Positions 24,479-38,489 of a stretch of DNA of 63,909 nucleotides are shown here, piece by piece. The first letter of the stretch is position 1. Each line of letters begins with the position of its first letter. Source of the stretch: Octopus bimaculoides (Eukaryota); NCBI RefSeq assembly GCF_001194135.2, contig NC_068994.1, forward strand, positions 43,692,866-43,756,774. Direction: 5' to 3'. A model generated the notes under the pieces. That model searched no databases and was not told the DNA's origin. It was given only the letters and a program-made list of their open reading frames with translations. The position numbers and the translations under genes were made by a program.

Positions 24479-25357
24479 CACACACACATACATACATATC
24501 TATATATATATACATACAAAACAGAATGCAAAAAGCAGGAACAAAATTCAAAGATTTGGATTCCACCAATCCAAATCTCTGAACTAGTAATTTAATTAAT
24601 CAATCTTGAAAGAATACAAAGCACAGTTGCTCTTAGTAGGATTTGAACTCAGAACATAAAAAGCCAGAACAAGCACAGCAAGGCTTTTTACCCTACAGTC
24701 TTACAACACAATCAATTCACCATCATTATAGTGTGTTAATACCCAAGCAAAATGCTCCCTTGACACCGGACATGTACAAATGAACACTCCCACTTTTATA
24801 CTTCATGGCCAAAGATTTAGATAGCTTAATTAAATTTTATATATATATATATATATATAACATCTAATTACATGATTAGATATTCTCATGTATTTTTAAA
24901 TATTATTAATAGTGTCCTATTTTATAATCTTCATTTATTTCTGCTACGTTTGCTTGACATTGGAAATTAATTCTTTTACTGTTCCAGTGACAATCCCAAA
25001 TTTTCTTTCTTTTATTCTTGTACTGATGTCTCTATTTGGATTGTGGCACTGCTGGATCACAGCCTTGAGAGAGTTGTAGTTGATTATCGACTCCCAGTAC
25101 TTCGTCTGCTTCTTATTTTATTGATCTCTGTTTATCGAGTGGCTACATCCTGAATAAATAAATACCACAATGTATTCTTCTTTTGAGGAGTTGAATTATC
25201 AACAGTCACTTGCCATTATATACAATCACTCATATGCACCCAGAAATGCACATACGTACACATTCACACACACACACACGTGCACACACATACATATATA
25301 TTTATATATACATACATACATATTTATAAGTATACATACATACATACACACACACAT

Positions 25358-25421
<64 letters not shown>

Positions 25422-25842
25422 ATATATATATAAATATATACACACACAAATATATATCATATTATATATATAATATTATATATGATGATATATTATATAT
25501 AAGAAACAGGCTTCAGTGCAGTTTGTATCAACTATATTTTATGCACAAGGTTTAACTCAGTCTGTGGCAATGGTTGAAGGCATTCCGTAGTGTGCTACAC
25601 AGTAGGATTGAACTCAGAAGCATTTGGTTATAAAATGAGCTTCTTAACAATTCAACCAAACTGTGTTCATAGATCCAGCATTAAAAAAACTGTATGCTAT
25701 AATTCTACTTTTAGTCTACATTTTAACCTTCAAAAATCTTTATAAAATTATTTGGTGACTTGAAAAAACTTGCAATCAATCAAAAACTTCACAAAGCAGG
25801 CACCAATATTTTTTAAGGGTTATCAAGAAGAGAGAATACATA

Positions 25843-26071
25843 TGGCAAGCTGGCAGAAAAGTTGGCATGCTGGGCGAAATGCTTAGCGGTATTTTGTCTG
25901 CCGCTACATTCTGAGTTCAAATTCCACCGAGGTCGACTTTGCCTTTCATTCTTTCGGGGTCAATTAAATAAGTACCAGTTACGCACTGGGGGTCAATATA
26001 ATCGACTTAATCCGTTTGTCTGTCCTTGTTTGTCCCCTCTGTGTGTAGCCCCTTGTGGGAAGTAAAGAAAT
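25843..26071 (+). mobile_element. tRNA-derived SINE (Meta/MESC-like) with a 15-bp target-site duplication
   Basis: Flanks AAGAGAGAATACATA (25828-25842) and AAGAGAGAACACATA (26072-26086); body closely matches 845-1077. Confidence 0.92.
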
Positions 26072-28462
26072 AAGAGAGAACACATACCATTTTGGGGTTT
26101 TCCTCTTGTTGGTTTCATAGTGCACTAGCCCTACCCACTTAATCAAATGGCTGGTATTTGATATTATGTGTTTTTCATCTCAGGATTATCAACACAATTC
26201 AGTTCTTCCGAATCATGCTAAATTTACATGGAAACCAAAGTGATTTCAATATGTTGCTGCTATAACATGAGTAATCTGCAAAACAAGGTGTTTAGTTCCA
26301 TGATATTTAAATCCAATCTCTTGCTCACGGAAATCTATCATTAGTAACAAAATGTGTACAGGCACAGCTGCATGGTAAAGATGTCTCCTCTGCAGCTGCT
26401 AGCTATATGGATGTGGGTTCAATGACGTGGCACAGTGGCTTAAGCAAGTTTCTTTTTCTCATAGCCTCATAACTTTGTGAGTGGAATTTAGCCAACCGAA
26501 ACTGTATGTAACCTTGCATCATCATCATCATCATCATCATCATCACCACCACCACCATCACATCATTATCATCATCATCATTATCATAAACTGTCCATTG
26601 ACCTCAACAATACTCTTAGGAGACAGAACACTGATGCACCACCCCTACCCACTACCCACCACACACCCCCAACAGGATTCCTGCAGCCTAGGATGAAAAA
26701 CTTTGGAGGAGTGCAATCTAGTTTTCATACTGTGACATGTGATTATATATATATATCCAGAATTGCATGTGTTTGTGTACATAAGTCTGAGTATGCATGT
26801 GTGTGTGTGTGTGTGCGTGCATGCGTGCATGTCTGTGCATGTGTGCATATGCAAGTGAGTGTGTATGTATCATTTGCTAATTATATCATTAAAAGTTGTA
26901 AGTGCAGATCAAAAAGCCACTAAAATTGTACTCTCAAACAAGACAACTTCTGGTATTTGTTCTGTCCAAGTTGTTCAGATAGATGTCCCGTTATCACTTT
27001 TACTGCAGTAAATGCAGCAAACCAGCAATTGGTTTATTGGAAAACTGTCATCAATGACACTATTGTTTACAAAATACTGTATGAAATAAAACCAAAAAAA
27101 TACAAACTCACATATTGAAACCCGGATGTGGATTTTTGTAGTGATAATATCACAGCTTTGGTCTATACTTAATATTTTAAATGAGATGTATACTTCAGTA
27201 AACAAAGTGAAAACAAACTCCATTATTAGAAATGTTATATTTTCAATTTTTTTCTTTATCCAGCAAAAAAAGTTAGCTGCTGAGAATTGAAAAGTGCTAG
27301 CAAACAAAAACTATCAACTCTATCGTATTGATAAAAGCATTGCTAACTTCTATCACAAAGTGATCAAAACACAAGACACAAACAACAGATAGAAGCATAG
27401 TAATGTATAGCACTCAACAGTTTTTTTAAAAACAAACCTACTCTTGTCATATAGATAGAAAAAAGAAAAGAAAAGCATGAATTTCACTGCTGGTTCATAA
27501 TTTAGTTGCTTTCGACATCTGTTTCATTAAGAATAAATATAATTAATTCCATAATTATGTAATTAAGATACATAATTAATTAACATAAATTAAATTAATT
27601 TAAAGCAATATTTATCCCAGATTAGCAGGAATATTACAGTAGGATCACACAGACCCCTTGTCCAACTATTTTCTTCCTCAAAAAGTTTTTAAAATATTAC
27701 CATAGGACACTTTCCTTTTACCAATATACAATATGAACTCACACTGCTACATCACTAACTATAGACTATTTCAGAACTAGTTTAAATACAAAGCAAGGCA
27801 GAGAAAATCAGATATATTCATACACACCCATAGAAAGCTCACATGTACACATACAAGCACATATACATATGCATAGAAAAAAAGACTACACAACCACAAA
27901 TGCATAAACTTGTACATAATCATGAAAACATATAAAAGGGGCACAGCAAAAATATAGTAGAATCACACACACCAAATAGGTTCTTCCTCAATATTACCAT
28001 AGGGTACTATCCTTTTACCAATATACCTGTCGACCTGTGCTTGACGGCCACAATCATGGCCTGTTGCACTTCATGTTTTGATTAGAGCTGACTTGAGGTT
28101 AAGTAACAACAATTCTGACATTATTCAAAAATCTTAACCACACACACACACACAAATGTAAAAAATACATTATGCTTCCACAGGAAAAACAGGCCTTATA
28201 TCTATCATCCTTATAAACATCAACAAATCATTTCATCCTATTTTTGCCACTCATTAATTCCAACCCATGCTAGCATGGAAAGCGGACGTTAAACGACGAC
28301 GATTAAGTAACAAAATACTCAAAAACTCTTCACTAAACAATGCAAAACAATTGGCTAACAGTCAACTTTTCAAGTCAACAAACCTGTATTAAATATGGTG
28401 GTTTCAAAGTTTTGCACAAGACAAGTAATTTTAAGGGAAGGGTGCAAGTTGATTACATCAAC

Positions 28463-28642
28463 CAATGGCATAGCTAATAGAGGACCAAAGGGAGGGGTCA
28501 ATCCCACCATCCAAGCACATTTTTCAAAATTGGTGCCTTTTATAAAATGTATAATCAATGAGTTAAAAATTGTTTGGTATGTGTTATGGTGCCATTTTTA
28601 TGCGCTCACTCCCTCAAAGTTTAGAACCTTGTTACAGCTCTG
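28463..28642. mobile_element. hAT-type MITE nested in a minus-strand SINE (about 28415-28770)
   Basis: Perfect 8-bp TSD ACATCAAC (28455-28462 and 28643-28650); degenerate TIRs CAATGGCATAGC / GTTACAGCTCTG. The host SINE resumes after the TSD. Confidence 0.8.
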
Positions 28643-28800
28643 ACATCAACTCCAGTATTTGACAGGTACATTATTTTATTGATCCCAGTGAGGATGAAAG
28701 GTAAATTTGACCTCAGTGGGATTTAAACTCAGATTGATAAGAGTCTGAAGAAATGCCACTACACATTTTGAAATTACCTCAGTTCGTACGTTAACCTGGT

Positions 28801-29178
28801 GGAGGCGCAATGGCCCAGTGGTTAGGGCAGTGGACTCGTGGTCATAGGATCATGGTTTCGATTCCCAGACCGGGCGTTGTGAGTGTTTATCGAGCGAAAA
28901 CACCTAAAGTTACACGAGGCTCCGGCAGGGGATGGTGGTGAACCCTGCTGTACTCTTTCACCACAACTTTCTCTCACTTTTACTTCCTGTTTCTGTTGTG
29001 CCTGTATTTTCAAAAGGTCAGCCTTGTCACACTGTGTCACGCTGAATATCCCCGAGAGCTACGTTAATGGTACACGTGTATGTGGAGTGCTCAGTCACTT
29101 GCACATTAATTTCACGAGCAGGCTGTTCCGTTGATCAGATCAACTGGAACCCTCGATGTCGTAAGCGACAGAGTGCCA
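28801..29178 (+). mobile_element. tRNA-derived SINE, full length (GGAGGCGCAATGGCCCAGTGG head)
   Basis: A-box TGGCCCAGTGG, B-box GGTTTCGATTCC; colinear with the inverse copy at 63512-63863. Confidence 0.9.
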
Positions 29179-29184
29179 CCACCA

Positions 29185-29420
29185 TGTTCACCTATTCTAT
29201 TTAACTCCTTCCTACACAATTTTCCCATATCTCCACAAAATATACGTCCTCAGCTGGCAATGAAATCATAGTCACCTCTTGCCATCATTCCCAGACACAG
29301 CTTCACAACCTATCCAACCCTCCATCAACCACCTAGAAACATGGCTTCAAACAACAAATAGAGTCAAACGTAGCATCTACCAAATTCTCCACCTCTCTCT
29401 CCAGCCACTAACATCAAAGA
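29185..29420 (+). mobile_element. Non-LTR reverse transcriptase relic
   Basis: SPILFNSFLHNFP (LSP.LFN motif), a degraded YADD region (SAGNEIIVTS) and QPIQPSINHLETWLQTTNRVK, with frameshifts. Confidence 0.6.
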
Positions 29421-31224
29421 ATATTAGATACAGTCAACTAGCACACTCAATAATTTTAGCATACATCACACACTAAAGATAAAGATATCGTGTACAAAAC
29501 AGTCACCAGCATGGCTGTATGGTTAAGTTGTTCACTTCATAACCATGTACTTCTAGTTCAATCCCACTACATGGCACCTTGATCAAGTATCTTCTACTAT
29601 AACCATTAGTTGGCCAATACCTTATGAATGGAATTCAGTAGATTTGAACTGTATTTATATATGAAAGCATATAATATATGGGATTTTATGCAAATTAATA
29701 ATACTTATGAACTGTGAAAGAGAATATAATTGCTTAATGCTTAACATTATTTTTATCTGATCTTGTCAATTGCATATGATAACTTGGACGTGTTTCTGAC
29801 TTATTAAACCTCTTCAGTAAAGTATAGCAGTCTCTGTTGTCAGAAAATTAAAGATAAGAGAATCATTGCATTAATTTATGATATTGTAGGAGAGCAGACA
29901 TCACACATTTCGAAAAAGGCTTAGGGAAATTAACCTGGGGATGCCATCCATATTAAAAATAATAGTTAAGTCATTGCCATCATACATATTGTAGCTTTAC
30001 CTTTCTCAGTTTTATCTAGTGTAAATCAGGGTTATCTGGAAAGTGATTAACGTTTTGAATTGTATCAAAATCTCTAATACTATAATGCAGTTTTCCAAGC
30101 ATCTAGCAACAATTATTTTCTTTCAAATTTTTTGACTAATTTTACGTATGTTTACCTATTTTTATTTTGTTACCCCTTTTCCCTATTTCTTGTAACTTTG
30201 AAAGGATTTTTTTTTTTTGTCAGCTTTCTGTAAACAATGTCTTTGAATATTCATTTCTGTAAATAATATTGGTTAGGTCCTCTAAAAGCTTGTTTTGTTA
30301 AACAATTTCCAGTGGTTTGTGTGAGACATACGACTTCTCTTAGTTATATTTCTAAGTAACAAGCCAGTGATGGGGCTTCCCTGTGGTTATTCAGTCAGCT
30401 AGAAATAGCATCTGAATTTCCCTCAAAATCACTCTTTATCATCTCAGGCAAAAAAAAAAAAAATGGAATATCTTTGATTATATATGTTTGATTACAGGTA
30501 ACCTGGAGCTAAGCAATAACTACTTGTAAACTAATGAGGAAGTCTTTCTTAGGTTATTTAACCTGTGTGTATCAATTAGTCAGAAGGAAAAACAATGCCT
30601 AAAGACCCTTGACAGAGCCTCTGAAACAGATCAGGGATAGGGAAGAAGCTATCCTCAAACTGGGAACCTGGCATGAATGCATGCAACAGGATGGACTCAA
30701 ATAAAAGCACCCAAGAATTAATCAAGAATATTAAACCAAGAAGTAGAGGAAGTTTACCACCAAAATAGGCCTTGGTGGGATACAAATTCAGAATTTAAAG
30801 AACCAGAACAAATACCACAAGGTAACTTGTCCATTGCACTCACAACTCTACCAGTTCATGACCCCCAGAAGGATATGAGGCAAAGTTGACCTCTGCAGGA
30901 TTTGAACTTGGAATGCAAGGAGTGAGTATGAATAAAAACCATAAGGCATTTTGTTCAATGCTCTAATGACTTTGCCAATTCTCCATCAGCTCAGAATAGC
31001 AGTCAAGTTACACTCAAATCACACACTACCACTTAAAAAAAAATAGAAGGACACATTGGATTATGTAGTTTTGGATACATTGTTTAAAAAATAAGATTGG
31101 ATGGCCATAGCTGGAATATTTTGATCCTAGTTCAACTTGACCTAAGCTGGCTTGGAGCCTAATCAACAACAACGATGGCAACATTATTAGCAACAACATA
31201 CATAGAGTTAGGGAAAAATATGCT

Positions 31225-31625
31225 GACTGTGTGGTTAAAAAGCTCACTTTGCAACCACATAGTCTCAGGTTCCATCCTACTGCATAGCATCTGGGCAAGT
31301 GTCTTCTACTACAGCTCCAGGCCAACCAATGCCTTATGAATGATTTTGATAGATGGAAACTGTGTGGAAGACCATCATATATACATGTGTGTTTGTGTGG
31401 AATATGTATGTATATTTTTATGTGTCTTTGTGTCTGTATTTGTCCCCACACTGCTTCACAACTGGTGTTGATTTGTCGATGGCTCTATACCATAGCAGTT
31501 CAGTGTAAAGAGAGACCAATAAAGTAAGTACCAGACTTAAAATATGTACCAGGGGGCGGGGTTGATTTGATTGACTAAAACTGTTCATGACCACAGTCCA
31601 GTGACTGGAATCAAGTAAAGGATAG
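31225..31625 (+). mobile_element. Abundant SINE family, diverged full copy
   Basis: CTGGGCAAGTGTCTTCTACTA core and tail CCACAGTCCAGTGACTGGAATCAAGTAAAG. Confidence 0.8.
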
Positions 31626-31689
31626 AAGATTGTTGCTGTAACAATTTTTGAGAGGAATGAAATCTCATAAAACCATTATTGTTCCCAAC

Positions 31690-32240
31690 ATTAGGCGAAA
31701 ATTTCTGCAAAAATACGGCAATGTGATACGACGAAAATTGGTTTTGGCCGTACAAAAACAAACAAATAAAATATAAAACAAAAAAAATAATGAATAAATA
31801 AATAAATCAAAGTCCTCTTGCTTGACTAAGCTGTAACCCTAAATTTGATGTTGAATTTAGGAGCCGGTTAAAACGTTTTCCTTACGTGTTTCTCATTATT
31901 TTCGTTTAAGACAACTTGCTTTTCCCACAGGTAAAATATATTGGACAAAAACAAAAAAAAAAAAAGGAAAAATAAAAGAAAAGATATGGAAACCTGTATA
32001 AAATAAATAGATTTTCTTCTTGCTGTTGTTGTTGGTGGTGGTGGCGGTAGTGGTGTCCTTATCGCCATTTATGTTGTTATTGTTGTACTGTGCGTTTTCT
32101 TGTTTCTCTTCCTCCTTTCGTCCATTTAGGTCATGTCGAAGCAGAGCTTCAGCCACAGAGCTTATCCAATTGAACCAATTGAATACTGCAAAACGTATCA
32201 TTATGTTTTTTTGTTTTTTTTTTATATCTGTCACATTAGT
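31690..32240 (-). promoter_or_regulatory. CpG-enriched unique region; candidate promoter and first non-coding exon
   Basis: Many CpGs in an otherwise CpG-poor window, tandem CCAATTGA at 32166 and 32175, and a minus-strand donor CAC|GTAAGG after 31886. Confidence 0.4.
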
Positions 32241-32319
32241 GAGGTTCCAATCTATAATGAAACAGGAGAGTAAGGCTAGAGACTTGTGTACAGTGGGTGA
32301 CCAGTTAGAATCTGGCTAC

Positions 32320-32680
32320 TTTCTTTTAGTTGTGGTGGTGGTGGTGGTAGTGGTAATAGTGGTGATGGGTGGGGGGGGGGTTGCTGTTGGTGGTGATGGT
32401 GGTAACTGTAGTGGTAGTGCTGAGGGTGGTGGTGGTTGGTGGTGGTAGTAGTAGTGGTCGGTAGTTGTGGTGGTGGTGGTAATAGTGGTAGTGGTGGAAA
32501 TAGCAGTAAAACATTCATAGCAATGGTGAAGATAATTTAATATTAGTGATGGTGGTGGTCATGGTAGTAGTAGTAGTAGTAGTAGCGGCTGCAGCGGCGA
32601 CAGCGGCGACAGCGGCGGCAGCAGTGGCAGCAGCGGCAGCGGAGGCATCGGCGGCAGCGGTGGCAGCGGCGGCAGAATCT
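32320..32680. repeat. (GGT/GTA)n field grading into a GC-rich (GGCAGC/GCG)n tract
   Basis: Directly visible; it abuts a SINE at about 32670-32873. Confidence 0.85.
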
Positions 32681-35600
32681 TTAAAATACTGGACAAAAAT
32701 GCTTAGCAGCATTTCTTTCAACTTAAGTTCTGAGTTCAAATAACACATAGGTCAATTTTGCCTTTCATATATTCTGGGTTGGGTACAATAAGTAGCAGTC
32801 AAGCACAAGGATTGACACAATCAACTGTCTCTCTTCCCACAAAATTTCAGGTCTTGTGCCAAGAGTAGAAAGAGCTATGTAAAACCTTTGTTATGTTCAG
32901 CCATACTTACTTCATTTTGAGCCCTTTAGACAAATGTTTAAAATAAATGTTTTGGAATAACTGACAAAACCACTGATCTAGGATCAAAGATTATGTTATA
33001 TAACTAAAGTGACTTCTTTGGTGTTGATTTAGTCAGGTAAATTTGAATTAAGTAGAATAGTTGTAAATCAAACGTATCCTTGTCATAGCCATCTTGTCTA
33101 AATCTGTTCAGACACTGTATACAAAGAGCTGCATTATCAAATGTGTCTTTACCATTTACTTAAGACAGTAGGGTGAAATATGAATGAAATTTGGTTGCTA
33201 ATTTTTGTAGATTGGGCAACCACTACATAGTGGCCCTCTCAATGTTTATTGGTGATTTTTTCAATGAGTTAAATATTAAATCTAATAAATGAAGTACTGC
33301 AGGATTGAGGTGGCACAAGAATTACAAATTAGATTAACAGAAACAAAATTGAGAACATTTCTATAAATGTTGTCATTGTTAGTCATAAGTCAAACTCAAT
33401 GGAGATGTTAGAGTGGCTTATGATCAAACATCAATCTAACCATAACCACAGCTTCTTGCCTTCAGTGATAATGCAACCCAGACAACATTATCCAATATTG
33501 TATTGTGAGTTGAGGGATATTTGTTTGCTATTTCTAGCTATTCAAGCAATTATGCACAATTGCTTTCATTGGCTCGTTCTACCAGTGTTGATGACACAGG
33601 CAACTGATTTTAACTTAAAAACACAAGTTAAAGGTTGTTGAAATTACTAAGTATATGAAACTATGAGAAAGACAGACCCGGTTGAATATTTAGTGTTGGC
33701 TTACTGGCCAAATACTTGACAATTTTATACCTGAGCCTTTATGCTGTATTGTGCTGTAAGCAAACAAACAATTCTAAATGGCCAAGTACTCTTCTAGTTG
33801 CAATACGTACGGATAAAAAGATTGTTGGGGAAGTGGTGAGATATCAGTCACAACTGTAAGATAAAAAAAAATTAAAGTCAGATTCTTTAGCTTTTTCTTT
33901 AGCTTGCAAGGTTGAGCTCAAATCTTTCCTGTGAGCCTGGTCAAAGGCAATCAAAAGCCATTTTAATACATACCACCCATCCCCATTATTCACTGCATGA
34001 ATGGCAAGACTTCTATGATGCTCTAATGATGTAATACATTAGAGGGGATTACTTCTCTTTTTATGGAACTGTGTAGCTACGAAATGTGAGCAGTAAAACA
34101 GCAAATGCTGAAGAAGCCAAATAGAGCAGATACAATATTGAAAATCTACAACTGATATTTTAGAAAATCATTGATTTCAGGTGAGCTGGAAAGTGAGTAT
34201 ACATACCCCCCCAGCACACACAGACACACACACACACACATGCATGCATGCGATCATGCACACACATATATATATCTGTTAGTTACCAAATCAGGAAAGA
34301 ATCAGTTGCTAGAGACATGTGATATGAATGGGTTATAACCTGTATTTGCTATATGGCCATATTATTACCATTGGTTTTCATTGTCGATATTGCTCAGAAG
34401 AGAAAGAACGAAATTTCTTGGAATGAGATTGTTTAGCAGGTTTAAGAAAGGAATGACAAAAGCAATAATGATCTAGAAAAGGGGGTAATTTAGTAGATCA
34501 ATTGAAACCAACCAGCATGGAAAAAAAAAAAAAAAAAATCAGTAAGAACAACAACGACTACAGCAACAACAGAAACTGATCTAAAAAACACAAATGATGA
34601 ATAGAGTTTGTGTTGTCAGATTATTTTTAAAGTTTTAAAACGATTCGATAATATTGAATATGGTAGCCACTAAGAAGCAAATAAATAACTCTGGTGTCAA
34701 AATAGACATTTAACCTCGAATATATAAGACTGAAAAACAAAAAAATAATAACAATAAGCCAAAAAACAAAGACATTTACTTTCCAAGCATACTTTAAAAG
34801 TCTTATCTGAAGAATTTTTAATTTTTTTTCCTTTTCTTTTTCTTTCTTTTTTTTTTCTCTTTTTAGCTGCTACTAATCTTTTCAATATGCTATCAAGCTG
34901 CTACCGTTTCCCCCCCCCCTACCAACATTCATCTCTCCACTAGCTTTCTCACTGAATTAGTAATAATTTACTACAGCAATTCAGTACGATCTGCCTATGC
35001 AGTATATCAGAGATGACCAATAAATTTAACAGCAGATGGGGGTTGAAGCTATTTCCTACTTCTCCGTTTTTACCTTAAGGTTATGGAGTTAGCAGTAAAT
35101 TATACATATATATTTTTTTCTCTCTTTTTATGACATAGGAAGAAGTACTTGTACATGAAGATTTTATAGAAACAGAAAGGAAGGAAGATAAGAAAGGTGT
35201 GAGATATTTAAAAAATCAGAAAGAAAATTTTTTAAAGAAGTTGGTAAGAAGTGAGAAATGAGTATTTGATTGAAAATGAAGACAATTTAGTGAAATAAAT
35301 TAAGATTACATGGATATGGAATGAATAAAGTGATAGAATTTGACTTTAGCTATGCATGATATAGTCACAATCCCTTTAAAATACAACAACAGCTAAGTTT
35401 AAAAACCATTATTATTTTCCATTACTTTGATAAAATATCACCATGAATCTGTAGAAACAGCATTCCGAAAAGAAATGTGACCTTGAATAAGGGAGAAAAA
35501 AAATGTGTCTGTTTTTGATCAATCACTTTCAAACACTTTAGATAGATTTTTCTTTCAGAAGTGTAAGCCAGATAAAGTATCTATTTATGTTTTGAAAGAC

Positions 35601-37253
35601 AGATCTCTATGCATTATTCATAAGTTTTCTTTCTTTGAAGAGATAAACTAAAAAACATGTGAAAGAGCAATCGACAGAATGTTTGAAATAAAAGAGAGGG
35701 AGAGAGGATGATGAGAGAATGGAAATGGGTAAAGATGAGAGAGAGAATGTGAGGAGGAGGATGAGAGAAGATTGGAAAAGAGTAAGATATACAGAGAGTG
35801 AAGAGGAAAAGATTGAAAGATAAAGTATATGTGAAAGAAAGTGGAAAGGTTGAAAGAGAGATTGAAAGTGAAAAAGAGACAGAAATTAGTTAAAAGTGAC
35901 AAAAGAGGAGATGCAAAGCATTGAGTCATGGCTTATATTTAAAGTCTACACCAATATAATCAAATATCTAGCAGAGATAGTTTATTGATAAAATTGCATC
36001 AATACCATCAATAGATGTTTGCCATTGTTAATAATGTGTAATTAACACACATTATACTACCTTTCATCCAGTTATTGTCTTCACACATTACATTTTTTTC
36101 CCTCAGTTGCTCACCAACTAACTGTTTATTAGATTTACATATGACAGAAGAGTAACTCACCAGAGATATTAAACACCATTTATACAGACACACCTAATTA
36201 TATGTGCCAACTCAATTAGCCACAGAATGGCTTAGATTAATAGAGTAACTTCCCCTAGAATCATGAAACCATAATTTTCAGTAATTGTTTGCTTATCTCT
36301 CATATTGAAAACTCAACTTTTACATTTTGTAATTGTTTATTCCTAGCTTCAGAAATACTGTATTTGACGTACTCTCATGGGAAATGAACCAGCTATCACT
36401 GATTTATAAAACTATAGCCATTAAGTTGTAAATTTGCATTGCAAAATTGGAACTGTGCAACACACTAAGCCAACTTTGTTTGGAAAAATTCTTGGAAAAA
36501 TAAAGAGAAAATTGGCTAATTTTTTGGATAGACTAATGGCTATGATATTTCAGTGCAATTTTCACATATTTGAAAAACATAACAACATCAGCAATAAAAT
36601 AATCAATAACCAAGCTAAAACAAATTTATTGCTTTTTCCTTTTTTTTTTGTTTCATCATTTCCCACCAAATCTATCATATTTATCTTCATATATATATAA
36701 TCTCCCTCTCTCTCTTTCTTCCTTCCTTCACCCTCCACATCATCCCTGTTTTCTCTTTTCCCCTCTTTAGTGCTTCCTCTCTTTATCAATGTTCATACTC
36801 AAGCACTTGCTTTTCTACTCTCCTTTCTCTTCACTTTCTCACCTCCATTCACGCACACAAAAACACATACACACATGCATCTATACATCTACATGTGCAT
36901 GTTCTCCCTTCCTTCCTCTTTCTCATCCTTTCATTTTGAATATTTCTCACTAATTTAAGTATTATCAGGTGATTTACAACTTGCAAAACATTTCACTGGG
37001 TTTCAACATACAAGACTTTTTGAAGACTTAACATCTACAGAAGTGGATGAGGGAAGTAGGAACCATAACAGCGCCTAGTTTGCTCACATCTATCAATATC
37101 TATTTTGTCATCTATGTCTATATAGATATCCTTATAACACAATTTATTTACCTATAGCTCCCCAACTATGATACATACATTCTCATACATACATACATGC
37201 ACATATATATATATATGTATATATATGTATGCATATATATGTATATACATAAA

Positions 37254-37289
<36 letters not shown>

Positions 37290-37476
37290 AGCACACATAC
37301 ACACACACATTTAAATGTATGTATATGTGTGGATATATTACCATGAATACACATATTGTATACATACATTACATGTGTGTGTGTGTTTGTGTGTGCATAT
37401 GTGTGTGTTTGTGTGTGTGTGTATGTATATATTAATGAAATTTTTATTAATAAAATTTATAGTGTGCTCTAATGAA

Positions 37477-37518
<42 letters not shown>

Positions 37519-37613
37519 TAAAAAAAAACATATTAGTATTTCTACTTTATCTCTTCTTTTTTGTCTTCCTCTTCTTGTCTGTCTTCACTTATAAAGGTAA
37601 ATACCAGAACAGT

Positions 37614-37651
<38 letters not shown>

Positions 37652-37906
37652 CTTATATATAATGAAAACTCCATATAGACATACACTAGAACAGAGAGAG
37701 CAATAAGATCAGTGTTGAAGCCATGGAAATAAAATTTTCATTGCAAAAGTCAATTAGCTTACTAAGTGGAATTTTAGTTTGCCAGAATTTTCTTCAGCTA
37801 GCTTTGAAAAGAAAGTTTTTATGGCATAGCATCAGACAAACTAAATGTGTGAATAAATTTTGATTGAAATGTACTGCCATTGACAAGAATTTAAGAACAC
37901 CTATAT

Positions 37907-37947
<41 letters not shown>

Positions 37948-38437
37948 TATTTATCGATGTATGTGTGGTGTATGTGTGTATACGTATATATATGTATGTA
38001 TATATATATAGATATGTATAATACACACACATATATATATATATTATATATAAATGTACATATATATATATATATACCTTTGAGAAAATGCAATAGCAAT
38101 GAAACATTTGTACAATTGTCAGGTAGTCATATACATACTCACACATACTCACACATACAGTATACACACACACAAACAAATATGCACACGTGTGTGTGTG
38201 TGTGTTTGCATGTATGTGTGTGTGTGTTTGTATGTGTGAGTGTGTATGTGTGTGTGCTTATATATATTTCTATAACTGTTGGCTTGTCTTTCTTTTGCTC
38301 ATAGTACATAGTTTGTCCTGAATCCTCACATACAAGTATCTGTATGAATATAAGTCTGAGACCTGAGTATGTATAAGTGTTTTCCTGTGTCCGCACAATT
38401 GATTCTGTATGTATATGTGTATGTATCCACTACCCCT

Positions 38438-38489
<52 letters not shown>

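Noticed and set aside
28801-28875. tRNA gene calls at SINE heads (also 24203, 40080-40149, 63790-63863)
   Set aside because: A and B boxes are present, but I see no complete cloverleaf or acceptor stem, and each continues into a SINE body.
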